DNA of 64,000 nt from an uncultured Pelagibacteraceae bacterium (GCA_902592325.1 CACJEC010000002.1:10394-74393); one strand, 5' to 3'. Shown: positions 1-11,424, numbered from the stretch's first letter. Notes: generated by a model not told the origin, from the sequence alone. Translations and numbers: made by a program.

Positions 1-61
1 AAACATTTCTAATCCTGTCAGTTTAATTAATGCTATAAAATTTTTAGACAAAATTGATTAG
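1..61 (+). CDS. pdxA: 3' end of probable 4-hydroxythreonine-4-phosphate dehydrogenase (partial)
   Basis: Frame 2 reads [19 protein letters not shown] (TAG 59-61), resembling the PdxA C-terminal NPxSLxxAI pattern; it overlaps the rsmA start, matching the conserved pdxA-rsmA order. Confidence 0.65.
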   Translation, partial: NISNPVSLINAIKFLDKID

Positions 62-836
62 AGCAAAAAAAAGTTTAGGTCAAAATTTTTTAATTGATAG
101 TAATATAATCAATAAGATTCTGGATATAATTGACATAAAAAATAGAAATATATTAGAAATTGGTCCTGGTACAGGAAATCTAACATCAAAGATTTTAGAT
201 AAAGCGCCAAAAAAAATGATAGTAATTGAAAAAGATAAAAATTTAGTCAAGATACTTAGAGATGTTTATGGTTCAAAAATTTCAATTATAAATAAAGATG
301 TGCTTACGGTTAATGAAAATTTTCTTGAAAAAGAAAAACTAACAGTATTTGGTAATCTTCCATACAATATATCTACAGAAATATTATGTAAATGGATAAC
401 AAATATTGACGATAACGATCTTTGGTTTGATTATCTAATTCTTATGTTCCAGAAAGAAGTTGCTGATAGAATAGTTTCAAAATTTAACACTAAAAATTAT
501 GGAAGATTATCTATCTTATCAAATTGGAAACTAAATATAAAAAAGATATTTGATGTTAAACCATCATGTTTCTCCCCAAGACCAAAAGTTGATAGTACAG
601 TTTTATTATTTCAACCTAAAAAAAATTTTATTAAATTAGATAATCCTAAAAATTTAGAAAAAGTTACCAAAATTTTTTTTATGCACAGAAGGAAAATGAT
701 AAAAAAACCTTATAATTTTTTATTTAATGGCGATACAAAAGTAGCTGAAAAATTAAGAATTAAATTAGATTTAAGGCCTCAAAATTTAAACTTTGATACT
801 TATTTTAAGCTCGCTAATGAATATGAAAAATTATGA
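54..836 (+). CDS. rsmA: 16S rRNA adenine dimethyltransferase (KsgA)
   Basis: [41 protein letters not shown] motifs; TTG start. Confidence 0.97.
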   Translation: MIRAKKSLGQNFLIDSNIINKILDIIDIKNRNILEIGPGTGNLTSKILDKAPKKMIVIEKDKNLVKILRDVYGSKISIINKDVLTVNENFLEKEKLTVFGNLPYNISTEILCKWITNIDDNDLWFDYLILMFQKEVADRIVSKFNTKNYGRLSILSNWKLNIKKIFDVKPSCFSPRPKVDSTVLLFQPKKNFIKLDNPKNLEKVTKIFFMHRRKMIKKPYNFLFNGDTKVAEKLRIKLDLRPQNLNFDTYFKLANEYEKL

Positions 837-1463
837 AGTTAGTTTTTCGATATGATTTCTGATATATTCTGGGTCATAATCTTTCGACCCATCATTAATC
901 TCAGCGTTAATTAAATTATGAATCTTATTATAGCAATCTTGTAAATCATCATTAATTACTACATAATCATAATTGATCCAGTGAAGAACATCTCTCCCAA
1001 ACTGTTTCATTCTTTCTTCAACAATTAATTTGTCTTTCATGTCTCTATTTGACAATCTTTTAAATAAAATTTCTTTACTGGGAGGTAATATAAAGAAAGT
1101 AATCAATCTATAATCTAAGTTTTTATTCTTAATTTGATCAGCTCCTTGCCAATCAATATCAAATAATACATTTTCACCTTTGTTAAGTTTTTCTATAACT
1201 GGTGTCCGTGTTGTGCCATAGTAATTATTAAAAACTTTTGCATACTCTAAAAATTCTTGATTTTTAATTAATCTTTTAAACTCCTCATTGTTGACAAAAT
1301 AATAGTCTTTATCTGGAGTTTCGTTCAGACGTGGTTGTCTAGTAGTATGCGATATTGATATTTTAAAATTATCTTGTTTTGATAAAAGTTTTACCAAAGT
1401 AGTTTTGCCTGCTCCGGAAGGAGAGGACAAAATAACCATTACCCCATCATTAGAAGCGGGCAT
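831..1463 (-). CDS. gmk: Guanylate kinase
   Basis: [11 protein letters not shown]-loop, [19 protein letters not shown]. Confidence 0.97.
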   Translation of the reverse strand: MPASNDGVMVILSSPSGAGKTTLVKLLSKQDNFKISISHTTRQPRLNETPDKDYYFVNNEEFKRLIKNQEFLEYAKVFNNYYGTTRTPVIEKLNKGENVLFDIDWQGADQIKNKNLDYRLITFFILPPSKEILFKRLSNRDMKDKLIVEERMKQFGRDVLHWINYDYVVINDDLQDCYNKIHNLINAEINDGSKDYDPEYIRNHIEKLTS

Positions 1464-1474
1464 CAGAAATTTTA

Positions 1475-1714
1475 TTAGTTTGCTTTGCCTTCAATAAATT
1501 TAACAGCATCTCCTACCGTTAGAATTTTTTCAGCTTCGCTATCAGAAATTTCTGAACCAAACTCCTCTTCAAATGCCATTACTAATTCCACAGTGTCTAG
1601 GCTATCTGCACCTAGATCATCGATAAAACTAGACTCATCTGTAACTTTTGATTCGTCAATTCCTAAATGATCTGCAACTATTTTTTTTACTTTGCTTGAA
1701 ACATCATCTGACAT
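1475..1714 (-). CDS. acpP: Acyl carrier protein
   Basis: [20 protein letters not shown] phosphopantetheine motif; AAGGA SD upstream. Confidence 0.98.
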   Translation of the reverse strand: MSDDVSSKVKKIVADHLGIDESKVTDESSFIDDLGADSLDTVELVMAFEEEFGSEISDSEAEKILTVGDAVKFIEGKAN

Positions 1715-1763
1715 ATAGATCCTTTTTGTTATAAAATTGTTAATAGTTTAATTGATTGTTTTG

Positions 1764-2498
1764 TCAAGCCATATACAAGCCACCATTAACATGTAAAGTT
1801 TCACCATTAATATAATCTGATTGGCTTGAAGCTAAAAAAATAACTGCATTTGCAATATCTTGAGGCTCTCCTAGTCTTGCTGAAGGTATTTTTGAGATAA
1901 TTGTCTCTTTAAACTTTTCATCTATTTTATCAGTCATTGCAGTTTTAATAAATCCAGGAGAAATGCAATTAACATTAATATTTTTTTTAGCATATTCTAT
2001 TGCCAAACTCTTTGACATTGCAACGATACCAGCTTTTGAAGCTGTATAATTTGTCTGACCCAAATTACCTGTATGACCAACAACCGAGGTGATATTAATA
2101 ATTTTACCTTTTTTATTTTTAAGCATTTTTTTTATTGCAAATTTACTCATTAAGAAAGTAGAGGTTAAGTTTATATCTATTACTTTTTTCCATTCTTCAA
2201 TGCTCATTCTAATTGCTAAATTGTCCTGAGTTATTCCTGCATTATTAACAATACAATCTAAACCTCCAAGTTCTTTTGATGCAATTTCAATAAACTCTTC
2301 AATTTTATCACTTTGGGAAATATCAAATTTTAATATTTTTATTTTTTCAAATTTTTTTTTTAATTCTTCAAGTTTTTCTACTCTAGTTCCAGATGCTAAA
2401 ATATTTACACCGCTTTCATATAACTTTTCAACAATCGAGTTTCCAATGCCACCTGAAGCACCAGTAATTATTACATTTTTATTTTCCAAATCTTTCAT
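1764..2498 (-). CDS. fabG: 3-oxoacyl-ACP reductase
   Basis: TGASGGIG, NNAGIT, YTASK, PGFIKT; fabD-fabG-acpP order. Confidence 0.96.
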   Translation of the reverse strand: MKDLENKNVIITGASGGIGNSIVEKLYESGVNILASGTRVEKLEELKKKFEKIKILKFDISQSDKIEEFIEIASKELGGLDCIVNNAGITQDNLAIRMSIEEWKKVIDINLTSTFLMSKFAIKKMLKNKKGKIINITSVVGHTGNLGQTNYTASKAGIVAMSKSLAIEYAKKNINVNCISPGFIKTAMTDKIDEKFKETIISKIPSARLGEPQDIANAVIFLASSQSDYINGETLHVNGGLYMA

Positions 2499-3421
2499 AT
2501 ATTTATATTTTTTATCTCATCTAAATTATTAATAGATACAACTTGAACATCTTTATTAATTCTTTTTACCAAACCAGATAAAATTTTTCCAGGTCCAATT
2601 TCAATAAATTGAGTAATTCCTTTATTAATCATATTAAGGATGCTTTCTCTCCATCTAACTCTATTTTCAATCTGCATTACCAGTAAATCTTTTAATTCAT
2701 TAGCATTAAAGATTTCATCTGCAGTTATATTTGAGATTAAAGGGTTGTTTCCTTTCTCAAATTTTAATTTTCCAAGCTCTTCTTTCATAATAGCGGTAGC
2801 TTTACTCATTAGACTACAATGAAAAGGTGCGCTTACAGGTAATTTTATATTTTTAATTTTATCTTCTTTTAATTTCAAAGTTAATTTTTCAAGATCTTGA
2901 ATTTTTCCACTTAATACAATCTGACCAACTGAATTATCATTAGCAATTTCAGCTATAAAATTTTCTTTATTATTTCTTAAAATATTTTCAATATTTTCGA
3001 CTGTGGTACCTAAAACTGCAACCATTCCACCTTCTCCATTTGGAACAGAATTTTGCATTGCATCACCTCTTATTTTTAAAATCTTAATTGTACTTTGAAA
3101 ATCTAAATATCTAGCACATGCAATTGCTGAATACTCACCTAAAGAATGCCCAGCAAAAAATTTTGCTTTATTCAAATCAATATTAAACTCTTTTTTAATT
3201 ACTTGAAATATTGCATAACTAACTAAAAAAATTGCGGGTTGAGTATTTGTAGTTAAATCTAATTCCTCCTTAGGTCCTTCTAAAATTATCTTAGACAAAG
3301 GTAAATTTAAAACTTCATCAGCCTCTGCAAATAAATTTTTTACTAAATTAAACTTATCATAAAACTCTTTTCCCATACCTACAACTTGAGAGCCTTGACC
3401 TGGAAAAATTACTGAAAACAT
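2495..3421 (-). CDS. fabD: Malonyl-CoA:ACP transacylase
   Basis: FPGQGSQ, GHSLGE, VSAPFH, EIGPG. Start moved from 3490 to the ATG at 3421 (MFSVIFPGQG), where the family N-terminus begins. Confidence 0.95.
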   Translation of the reverse strand: MFSVIFPGQGSQVVGMGKEFYDKFNLVKNLFAEADEVLNLPLSKIILEGPKEELDLTTNTQPAIFLVSYAIFQVIKKEFNIDLNKAKFFAGHSLGEYSAIACARYLDFQSTIKILKIRGDAMQNSVPNGEGGMVAVLGTTVENIENILRNNKENFIAEIANDNSVGQIVLSGKIQDLEKLTLKLKEDKIKNIKLPVSAPFHCSLMSKATAIMKEELGKLKFEKGNNPLISNITADEIFNANELKDLLVMQIENRVRWRESILNMINKGITQFIEIGPGKILSGLVKRINKDVQVVSINNLDEIKNINI

Positions 3422-3509
3422 ATAAGAAATTAATTTAAATTTTGCCCTTTTTACTATTGTAATTGAAGTCTTATAATAGTATATCCTCACGTTTTATTAA
3501 AGAATTTAA

Positions 3510-3872
3510 ATGAATTTATACGAACACACTATAATCGCTAGACAAGACACATCTCCTAGTGAACTAAAACAACTTACAGAAAAGTATTCAAAAATTATTG
3601 AGAAAAATGAGGGTGAGGTTGTAAAAGCAGAAAATTGGGGCTTACTAAACCTGTCTTATTTAATTAAAAAGAACAAAAAAGGGAGCTACATTCATTTTAA
3701 AATTAAAGGTAAAGGTAAAGTTGTAGAAGAATTAGAAAAAAATGAAGCACTTGATAAAAAGTTGATAAGGTATTTGACTGTAAAAGTTAAAGACTTCGAT
3801 TTAAATACAAACTATTTCGCTAAAAAAGATGATAGCGAAAAAACTGAAAAGAAAGAAAAAAAAACTAATTAA
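3510..3872 (+). CDS. rpsF: 30S ribosomal protein S6
   Basis: MNLYEH...ENWG..LSYLIKK pattern; rpsF-rpsR-rplI order. Confidence 0.96.
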   Translation: MNLYEHTIIARQDTSPSELKQLTEKYSKIIEKNEGEVVKAENWGLLNLSYLIKKNKKGSYIHFKIKGKGKVVEELEKNEALDKKLIRYLTVKVKDFDLNTNYFAKKDDSEKTEKKEKKTN

Positions 3873-3874
3873 TT

Positions 3875-4147
3875 ATGCCAAAAAGACAAAGTGGAAACAA
3901 AAAAGGAAAACAAAGTAACTTTGCAAAACTAAGTATTTTTCAACCTAATAAATATAAGTTTAAGAGAAGTTGCCCATTATCTGTAAAAGGTGCTCCTAAA
4001 GTTGATTATAAGAATATTAAACTACTTAAAAAATATATTTCTGAAAATGGCAAAATTTTACCTTCCAGAATTACAAATGTAAGTCAAAAAAAACAAAGAG
4101 AATTATCCTTATCAATTAAAAGAGCTAGAAATTTAGCACTAATATAA
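3875..4147 (+). CDS. rpsR: 30S ribosomal protein S18
   Basis: [22 protein letters not shown]...[16 protein letters not shown]. Confidence 0.97.
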   Translation: MPKRQSGNKKGKQSNFAKLSIFQPNKYKFKRSCPLSVKGAPKVDYKNIKLLKKYISENGKILPSRITNVSQKKQRELSLSIKRARNLALI

Positions 4148-4148
4148 A

Positions 4149-4607
4149 ATGAAAGTTATCTTGCTAGAAAATATCAAAAGAATTGGGTCTATTGGTGAAG
4201 TAATTGATGTTAAAAGAGGTTTTGCAAGAAATTTCTTAATTGCTAATAAAAAAGCCTTATACGCCTCAAAAGAAAATATTAAAGAGGTAGAAAAAATTAA
4301 ATCTGAACTCGCTAAAAAGGATAATGATAAAAAAGCTGAAGCACAAAAAATATCTGATCAAATTAATAATAAACTATTTTCAGTTAAAAAACTAAGCACA
4401 GAAAACAACGAACTATATGGTTCAGTCAAACCGACTGAAATTGCAAAACTAATTCAAGAAAAAGATAAAATTGATATAAAACCTTCAATGATACAACCTG
4501 TTAAAGAAATCAAATCTTTAGGAAAACATAAAGTAAAAATCTCTCTACACTCTACAGTTGATGCAGAAATTATGGTAGATGTTAAATCAGCTGAAACAAT
4601 TCAATAA
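4149..4607 (+). CDS. rplI: 50S ribosomal protein L9
   Basis: MKVILLE..GSIGEVIDVKRGFARNFLI; LYGSV. Confidence 0.97.
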   Translation: MKVILLENIKRIGSIGEVIDVKRGFARNFLIANKKALYASKENIKEVEKIKSELAKKDNDKKAEAQKISDQINNKLFSVKKLSTENNELYGSVKPTEIAKLIQEKDKIDIKPSMIQPVKEIKSLGKHKVKISLHSTVDAEIMVDVKSAETIQ

Positions 4608-4617
4608 TTATACAATT

Positions 4618-4626
4618 TCATCCACA
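4618..4626 (+). promoter_or_regulatory. Candidate DnaA box upstream of dnaB
   Basis: TCATCCACA, one mismatch from TTATCCACA, in the 67-bp rplI-dnaB spacer. Confidence 0.4.
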
Positions 4627-4674
4627 GTACTTTTTTTAAATTTTGATTAAATTTTTTTCGTATAAGTTATTCTT

Positions 4675-6093
4675 ATGGAAAATAACCTTAGTATTGTAAA
4701 AGACAAATTTAAAGAACTTCCAAATAATACTGAGGCTGAGCAGTCTGTTATTGGTTCGATTTTGGTAACTAATGAAATCTTTGATGAAATTAGTACAATT
4801 ATTTCAAATAATAATTTTTATGATCCTATGCATCAAAAAATTTATGCTGCTATTGAAAGTTTAATCTACAGAGGAATGTTGGCAAACCCTATTACTCTCA
4901 AAAATTATTTTGAGGAAGAAAAAGATGATTTAGATGTTCCGGAATATTTAGTAAAAATCACAAAATTTTCTACATCAATTAGACAAGCTATTGAATACTC
5001 AAAAATTATTTATGATATGTTTGTTAGACGTGAATTAATTAAAATTTCAGAACAAACTATAGATAGTGCAAAAATAAATGATTTAGATACTAATGGTCAA
5101 AATATTATTGAAAATTCTGAGAAGTTGTTATTTGATTTAGCTGAGAAAGGTTCGTTTAATTCATCTCTTGTTAAGTTTGATGACGCTATGAAACAAACCA
5201 TTGAAATGGCTTCAGCTGCTTACAAAAATGAAGGTGGTATTGTAGGTGTTCCAACTGGTCTTAGAGACTTAGATGATAAACTTGGAGGATTACATCAGTC
5301 AGATTTAATTATTATTGCTGGTCGACCTTCTATGGGTAAAACATCTCTCGCAACAAATATAGCCTTCAATGCTGCAAAACATATTCAAGATAGTGGTAAA
5401 AAATCATCGATTGCTTTTTTCTCTTTAGAAATGTCATCAGAGCAATTATCTACCAGAATTCTATCTGAACAAGCTCGAATAAGTTCAAATGATATAAGGC
5501 GTGGAAGAATTTCTGACGATCAATTTGATCAATTTTTAGAAACTTCAAAAAATGTAGCTGAGCTTCCACTATTTATCGATGAAACACCGGCTATTAGTAT
5601 TGCTGCGATGAGTAATAGAGCAAGAAGAATTAAAAGATTACATGGTCTTGATATGATTGTAGTTGATTATATTCAGTTAATGAGAGGAACAACTTACAAT
5701 AAAGATGGAAGAGTACAGGAAATTTCTCAAATTACTCAAGGTTTAAAAGCTATTGCAAAAGAACTTGGTGTACCAGTTCTTGCGCTATCTCAATTGTCAA
5801 GACAGGTTGAACAGCGTGATAATCATCAGCCTCAATTGGCAGACTTGAGAGAATCGGGTTCAATTGAACAAGATGCAGATGTTGTAATGTTTGTTTATAG
5901 AGAAGGTTACTATCTTGAAAGATTAAAGCCTAGAGAAGCAACTGTAGAACATGCAGAATGGCAAGCCAAAATGAATGAAGTAGCACATTTAGCTGAAATT
6001 ATAATTGGAAAACAACGACACGGTCCAATTGGTAAAGTAACTCTTGAATTTGAAGAAAGATTCACAAAATTTAAAGATACTCAAATTAATTAA
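4675..6093 (+). CDS. dnaB: Replicative DNA helicase
   Basis: AGRPSMGKT, FSLEMS, VDYIQL, LSQLSR, DLRESGSIEQDAD, KQRHGP; no intein. Confidence 0.98.
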   Translation: MENNLSIVKDKFKELPNNTEAEQSVIGSILVTNEIFDEISTIISNNNFYDPMHQKIYAAIESLIYRGMLANPITLKNYFEEEKDDLDVPEYLVKITKFSTSIRQAIEYSKIIYDMFVRRELIKISEQTIDSAKINDLDTNGQNIIENSEKLLFDLAEKGSFNSSLVKFDDAMKQTIEMASAAYKNEGGIVGVPTGLRDLDDKLGGLHQSDLIIIAGRPSMGKTSLATNIAFNAAKHIQDSGKKSSIAFFSLEMSSEQLSTRILSEQARISSNDIRRGRISDDQFDQFLETSKNVAELPLFIDETPAISIAAMSNRARRIKRLHGLDMIVVDYIQLMRGTTYNKDGRVQEISQITQGLKAIAKELGVPVLALSQLSRQVEQRDNHQPQLADLRESGSIEQDADVVMFVYREGYYLERLKPREATVEHAEWQAKMNEVAHLAEIIIGKQRHGPIGKVTLEFEERFTKFKDTQIN

Positions 6094-6113
6094 TTTCCAA
6101 TATAAAAGAGTTT

Positions 6114-8501
6114 ATGTTTGCTCATTTGTATGAAAATGTAGTTTTAAAAAATCCAAAGTCTATTTTTGTAATATTGTTAATTACGTTGCTTAATTTTGGA
6201 TATTTTGCAAAAGATTTTAGGTTAGATGCCTCATCTGAAACCTTATTAATTGAAGGTGATCCAGATCTTGAATATTTAAGAGAGATTACAGACAGATATG
6301 GATCAAAGGAATTTTTGGTTCTTACTTATACTCCAAATGAGGGAATGGTAACAGATGGCTCAATTAATAATCTGTTAAGTTTAAAATATAAAATTCAAAG
6401 TTTAGATTGGGTTCATAGTGTTATAACTCTCTTAGATATTCCTCTATTAAGTAATTCAGACGCACCACTTCATGAAAGATTAGAAGGTTTTAAAACTCTT
6501 AAAGATGAAGATGTTGATAAAGAAAGAGGATTTAAAGAAATTTTAGAAAGTCCTGTTTTTAGAAATTTTGTAATCAGTGAAAATGGAAAAACAAGTGGTA
6601 TCATAGTAAATATCAAACAAAATCCAAAACTAAAAGATTTAGAAAATAAATCTCGAAAAGAAATTGAGGAACATCGTGATAAAATAAAAAAACAAAACCA
6701 TAAAAATATTTTAGAAATTAGAGATGTTATTGAAAGCTATGAAGACATTGGAAAAATATATTTAGGAGGTATTCCAATGATAGCTGATGATATGATGTCA
6801 TTTATCAAAAGTGATATTGTTGTTTTTGGTTTAGGAGTTTTGATATTCATTGTTTTAACCCTTTGGTTTGTGTTTAGAAAATTAATTTGGATCTTAGTTC
6901 CACTAAGTAGTTGTTTTTTTTCTGTTATAATTATGATGGGATTGTTAGGTTTGCTTGGTTGGAAAGTAACTGTCATTTCATCTAATTTTATTGCGCTTAT
7001 GTTAATTTTAACAATGGCAATGAATATTCACATTAGCACAAGATTTTTACAATTAAAAAAACTATATCCATTAAAAACTAATTTGGAAATGTTGACCTTA
7101 ACAATGGGTAAAATGTTTTGGCCAATTCTCTATACTGTTCTAACAACTGTAATTGCTTTTTTATCTTTAATTTTTAGTGAAATTAAACCAATCATTGATT
7201 TCGGTTGGATGATGACCTTTGGATTAGCTACGTCTTTTATTATTACTTTTACACTACTTCCTACTTTATTAAATTTTACACCTACAAAAAAAATTTTTAT
7301 TAAAGAAGATGGAGAATCAAAATTTACCAAATTTCTTGGAAATTTATCTTTAAATTATAAAATTCCTATTTTTGTTATAACTATAGTAATTGTTGGATCA
7401 AGCGTGTTTGGAATAAGTAAATTAGAGGTGGAAAATAGTTTTATTAATTATTTTAGTAAAAAAACTGAAATTTATAAGGGAATGAAATTAATTGATGAAG
7501 AGCTTGGAGGAACTACTCCTCTAGAAGTTATTTTAAAATTTCCAAAAGTAGAAAAAGAGGAAAGTGAAGAAAATGATGATTTTGATGACTGGGATGATGA
7601 AAATGAACAAGATGATGAGAAATATTGGTTTACAAAAGACAAAATTAACACAATTACAAATGTTCATAACTATTTAGATGATCTTCCACAAATAGGAAAG
7701 GTTCTATCTTTTTCATCTATTATTGAAGTTGCAACTCAATTAAATAACAATAAACCCCTCGGTACTTTAGAAATGGGGGTTTTATATACAAAAATTCCTG
7801 AATCTATTAAAACTGAAATTATAGATCCGTATATCTCAATTAAAGATAATGAGGCTCGTATCTCATTGAGAATAATCGACTCACAGGAAAACTTGAGAAG
7901 AAATGATTTAATCAATAAAATTAATTATGATATTCAAAATAAACTTGGTATAGAAAAGGATAATTATAAATTAGCAGGAGTATTAATTTTATTTAATAAC
8001 CTTTTGCAAAGTTTATTTAAATCTCAAATTTTAACTTTAGGGCTAGTGATGATTGGTATTTTCGCGATGTTTATGATTTTATTTAGAAATATTAAATTAT
8101 CATTAATCGGTGTTATTCCAAATTTTATAGCTGCTTTTTTTATTTTAGGAATTATTGGAATGCTAAATATTCCGCTTGATATGATGACAATTACAATAGC
8201 AGCGATTACTATCGGAATAGCAGTTGATAATAGTATTCATTATATTTATCGATTTAGAGAAGAGTTTAATAAGCTTAAAGATTACAAAAAAACTCTACAA
8301 ACCTGTCATTCTACAGTAGGAATTGCAATTTTAAATACTTCAATTACTATAGTTTTTGGTTTTTCAATTTTGGTTTTATCTAAATTCATTCCAACCATTT
8401 ATTTTGGTTTATTTACGGGACTTGCGATGTTACTAGCAATGATTTCAGTATTAACACTTCTACCTTCTTTGATATTACTCATTAAACCTTTTGGTAAGTA
8501 A
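6114..8501 (+). CDS. MMPL/RND-family transporter
   Basis: Two repeats of TM plus large periplasmic domain plus TM bundle; IGIAVDNSIH motif. Confidence 0.88.
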   Translation: MFAHLYENVVLKNPKSIFVILLITLLNFGYFAKDFRLDASSETLLIEGDPDLEYLREITDRYGSKEFLVLTYTPNEGMVTDGSINNLLSLKYKIQSLDWVHSVITLLDIPLLSNSDAPLHERLEGFKTLKDEDVDKERGFKEILESPVFRNFVISENGKTSGIIVNIKQNPKLKDLENKSRKEIEEHRDKIKKQNHKNILEIRDVIESYEDIGKIYLGGIPMIADDMMSFIKSDIVVFGLGVLIFIVLTLWFVFRKLIWILVPLSSCFFSVIIMMGLLGLLGWKVTVISSNFIALMLILTMAMNIHISTRFLQLKKLYPLKTNLEMLTLTMGKMFWPILYTVLTTVIAFLSLIFSEIKPIIDFGWMMTFGLATSFIITFTLLPTLLNFTPTKKIFIKEDGESKFTKFLGNLSLNYKIPIFVITIVIVGSSVFGISKLEVENSFINYFSKKTEIYKGMKLIDEELGGTTPLEVILKFPKVEKEESEENDDFDDWDDENEQDDEKYWFTKDKINTITNVHNYLDDLPQIGKVLSFSSIIEVATQLNNNKPLGTLEMGVLYTKIPESIKTEIIDPYISIKDNEARISLRIIDSQENLRRNDLINKINYDIQNKLGIEKDNYKLAGVLILFNNLLQSLFKSQILTLGLVMIGIFAMFMILFRNIKLSLIGVIPNFIAAFFILGIIGMLNIPLDMMTITIAAITIGIAVDNSIHYIYRFREEFNKLKDYKKTLQTCHSTVGIAILNTSITIVFGFSILVLSKFIPTIYFGLFTGLAMLLAMISVLTLLPSLILLIKPFGK

Positions 8502-8504
8502 TTA

Positions 8505-9050
8505 ATGTTAGAAATTCTTTCTGATTTTTATAATGCTTCGTCAATAATAGATATAATCTATCTTGTGATTACTATCTTATCTCTAATCAAGTGCTATAAA
8601 AAAGGGTTTGTGCTTAGTATTTTATCGATGATGAAATGGCTGCTTGCCTATATTATTACATTAATAATCTTTCCAAGGATAAAACCATTTTTAAAAGACA
8701 TTATTGATAATGAGTATGTTTTAGATATAGGTCTTGGTATTACAATATTTGTTATCGTTATATTTTTGGTCTTAATGATTAACAAGGGAATTAGTAGAGC
8801 TGTTAGATATACAGGAATCGGAAGTTTAGATACATTATTTGGATTCTTTTTTGGATTTTTAAGAGCTTATATAATTTCAGTGTGTGTCTTTTCAGGTATC
8901 CATATCGTATATAATTATGATAAATGGCCAATAAATGTGGATAAATCTTATATCTTTCCATATTTAGAGAAAGGTAGTAATTATTTGTTGAAAGAATTCC
9001 CAGATGAAAAAACATATCAGGACTCTAAAGAAAAAATTGAAGAGCTTTAA
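8505..9050 (+). CDS. cvpA: CvpA (colicin V production) family membrane protein
   Basis: KGFVLS, LDTLFGFFFGFLRA; directly upstream of purF. Confidence 0.88.
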   Translation: MLEILSDFYNASSIIDIIYLVITILSLIKCYKKGFVLSILSMMKWLLAYIITLIIFPRIKPFLKDIIDNEYVLDIGLGITIFVIVIFLVLMINKGISRAVRYTGIGSLDTLFGFFFGFLRAYIISVCVFSGIHIVYNYDKWPINVDKSYIFPYLEKGSNYLLKEFPDEKTYQDSKEKIEEL

Positions 9051-10485
9051 TCCAAAACTTAAAGAAGAATGTGGAGTTTTTGGAATAAGTAATATTGAAG
9101 ATGCGTCTGCTTTAACCGCTCTAGGTCTACATGCCCTTCAACATAGAGGTCAAGAAGGTTGTGGAATTGTAACTTTTGATGGTGAACAATATTACTCAGA
9201 AAAAAGATTTGGTTTAGTTGGAGATAATTTCAATAAGGAAAAAGTTCTTAAAAGACTAAAAGGAAATTATGCAATTGGACATAATCGATATAGCACAACA
9301 GGAAGTAATACTTTAAGAAATATTCAGCCTTTTTTTGCAGATACTAACGCTGGTGGGATCGGGGTTGCTCATAATGGAAATTTAACAAACTCTATTCATC
9401 TAAGAAATAAGCTAGTTGAAGATGGTGCTATTTTCTATACTACTTCAGATACTGAAACAATTGTTCAATTAATTGCTAAATCTAAAAGAGCTAAGACAAT
9501 TGATAAAATAGTCGACGCAATTTTTCAAATTCAAGGTGGTTATGCCTTAGTAATGCTAACACAAAAATCATTAATAGGCGTTAGAGATCCTCATGGAATA
9601 AGACCTCTTGTAATTGGAAAACTTAAAAAAAGTTATGTGCTTACATCTGAAACTTGTGCACTGGATATAATTGGAGCAACTTTTGTCAGAGAAGTCGAAA
9701 ATGGTGAAATTGTATTAATTGAAAATGATAAACTCATGAGCATTATGCCCTTCCCCCCTAAAAAAGTTAAACCGTGCGTTTTTGAATATATTTATTTTGC
9801 AAGACCAGACAGTATTTTGGGAGGTGTAACAGCATATGAACACAGAAAGAATTTAGGAAAAGAACTTGCTAAAGAAAATGATATTGATGCAGATATTATT
9901 GTACCAGTTCCTGATAGTGGAAATGCTGCTGCTTTAGGCTTTGCACAACATTTAGGTAAAAATTATGAACATGGATTAATAAGAAATCACTATGTTGGAA
10001 GGACTTTCATTGAACCAAGCCAACAAATAAGAAGCTTGGGGGTTAAATTAAAACTCAATGCAAATAAAACAACGATAAAAGATAAAAAAATAATTTTAAT
10101 TGATGACTCTCTAGTTAGAGGAACAACATCACATAAAATAGTAAAGATGCTCTATGAAGCAGGTGCTAAAGAAGTACATGTTAAAATTGCTTGCCCTGAG
10201 ATAAAATATCCAGATTTTTATGGAGTTGATACTCCTACAAGAAAAGAATTATTAGCAGCTAATAAAACAAATGACGAAATCTGTGAATATATTGGTGCGA
10301 AATCTTTAAAATTCTTATCAATAAATGGAATGTATAGAGCAATTGGATTTGATAAACGAAATGAAAATTATCCTCAATTAACAGATCATTATTTTACTGG
10401 TGATTACCCAGTTAAACCTATTGATGAATTAGGAGATAATAAAATCACTCAATTATCTTTACTGAGCACTGCTTCAAATAATTAG
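9004..10485 (+). CDS. purF: Amidophosphoribosyltransferase
   Basis: EECGVFG Ntn cysteine, LQHRGQE, GHNRYST, DDSLVRGTTS. The start may be the in-frame TTG at 9037. Confidence 0.97.
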   Translation: MKKHIRTLKKKLKSFNPKLKEECGVFGISNIEDASALTALGLHALQHRGQEGCGIVTFDGEQYYSEKRFGLVGDNFNKEKVLKRLKGNYAIGHNRYSTTGSNTLRNIQPFFADTNAGGIGVAHNGNLTNSIHLRNKLVEDGAIFYTTSDTETIVQLIAKSKRAKTIDKIVDAIFQIQGGYALVMLTQKSLIGVRDPHGIRPLVIGKLKKSYVLTSETCALDIIGATFVREVENGEIVLIENDKLMSIMPFPPKKVKPCVFEYIYFARPDSILGGVTAYEHRKNLGKELAKENDIDADIIVPVPDSGNAAALGFAQHLGKNYEHGLIRNHYVGRTFIEPSQQIRSLGVKLKLNANKTTIKDKKIILIDDSLVRGTTSHKIVKMLYEAGAKEVHVKIACPEIKYPDFYGVDTPTRKELLAANKTNDEICEYIGAKSLKFLSINGMYRAIGFDKRNENYPQLTDHYFTGDYPVKPIDELGDNKITQLSLLSTASNN

Positions 10486-10505
10486 ATTTAAACTTTAGAT
10501 AATTT

Positions 10506-11366
10506 GTGAAAAATTTAACAGATCAACAAAAAGGCTCATTACTAGCTTTTATAGCTGTAATGTTTATTACACCTGACTCTTTATTTATAAGACTTTCCAA
10601 TATTGATACTTGGGGTTTAGTTTTTTATAGAGGAATCATTCCATTTTTTACTGTTTTTTTTGGAATGCTATTAATTTATAAATTAAATTTTTTTAAAATT
10701 CTTTTTACAAGTGGTTATCATGGACTTATTTATGTGGGCACATTTAGTGTAACGAATATTACTTTTGTAGTTTCAATTCAGAATACAAATGTAGCCAATA
10801 CACTTGTAATGATTGCTACCGCTCCAATGCTGTCAGCAATTCTTGGTGCAATTTTTTTAAAAGAACCTCCTGACAAAAAAACTTGGATCTCAATAATCAT
10901 TACTTTTTTAGCAATAATCTATATCTTTTTTGACTCTCTAAAATTAGGTAATTTTTATGGAGATATTTTAGGATTTATTACAGCAGTAGGGTTAGCAGTG
11001 GGTGCTGTAACTATAAGGTCTGCAAAATCAAAAAATCTGGTTCCTGCTGCTGTTATTGGCAAACTATTAGTAGCAACTTTTGCTTTATTATTTATTGAGA
11101 GTTTTGCACTTATTAAAAAAGACCTTATTATAGTTCCTTTGATGTGTATTCTCTGTGTAGCAATACCTTTTGTATTAGTAACCATAGCTCCAAGATTTAT
11201 ACCTGCAGCAGAAGTCAATTTATTTTTCTTATTGGAGACCATTATTGGTCCAATCTGGGTTTGGCTAATAATAAAAGAACAGCCAAGTATTGAAACCCTC
11301 TATGGAGGTGTAGTAATAATTCTTACCATTGCAATCCATTCTTTTTTAAAGCTTAAAAATTCTTGA
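10506..11366 (+). CDS. DMT/EamA-family transporter
   Basis: About 10 TM in two repeats; PAAEVNLFFLLETIIGPIWVW. Confidence 0.88.
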   Translation: MKNLTDQQKGSLLAFIAVMFITPDSLFIRLSNIDTWGLVFYRGIIPFFTVFFGMLLIYKLNFFKILFTSGYHGLIYVGTFSVTNITFVVSIQNTNVANTLVMIATAPMLSAILGAIFLKEPPDKKTWISIIITFLAIIYIFFDSLKLGNFYGDILGFITAVGLAVGAVTIRSAKSKNLVPAAVIGKLLVATFALLFIESFALIKKDLIIVPLMCILCVAIPFVLVTIAPRFIPAAEVNLFFLLETIIGPIWVWLIIKEQPSIETLYGGVVIILTIAIHSFLKLKNS

Positions 11367-11424
11367 GCTTGTCACAATTAAGACTTGATTTAATAATAGA
11401 TCGCGAATAGTTACTGCAAATTTT

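Noticed and set aside
9004-9050. 47-nt cvpA/purF overlap as a frameshift or fusion
   Set aside because: PurF has a short propeptide before the catalytic Cys, and an in-frame TTG at 9037 gives an ordinary short overlap.
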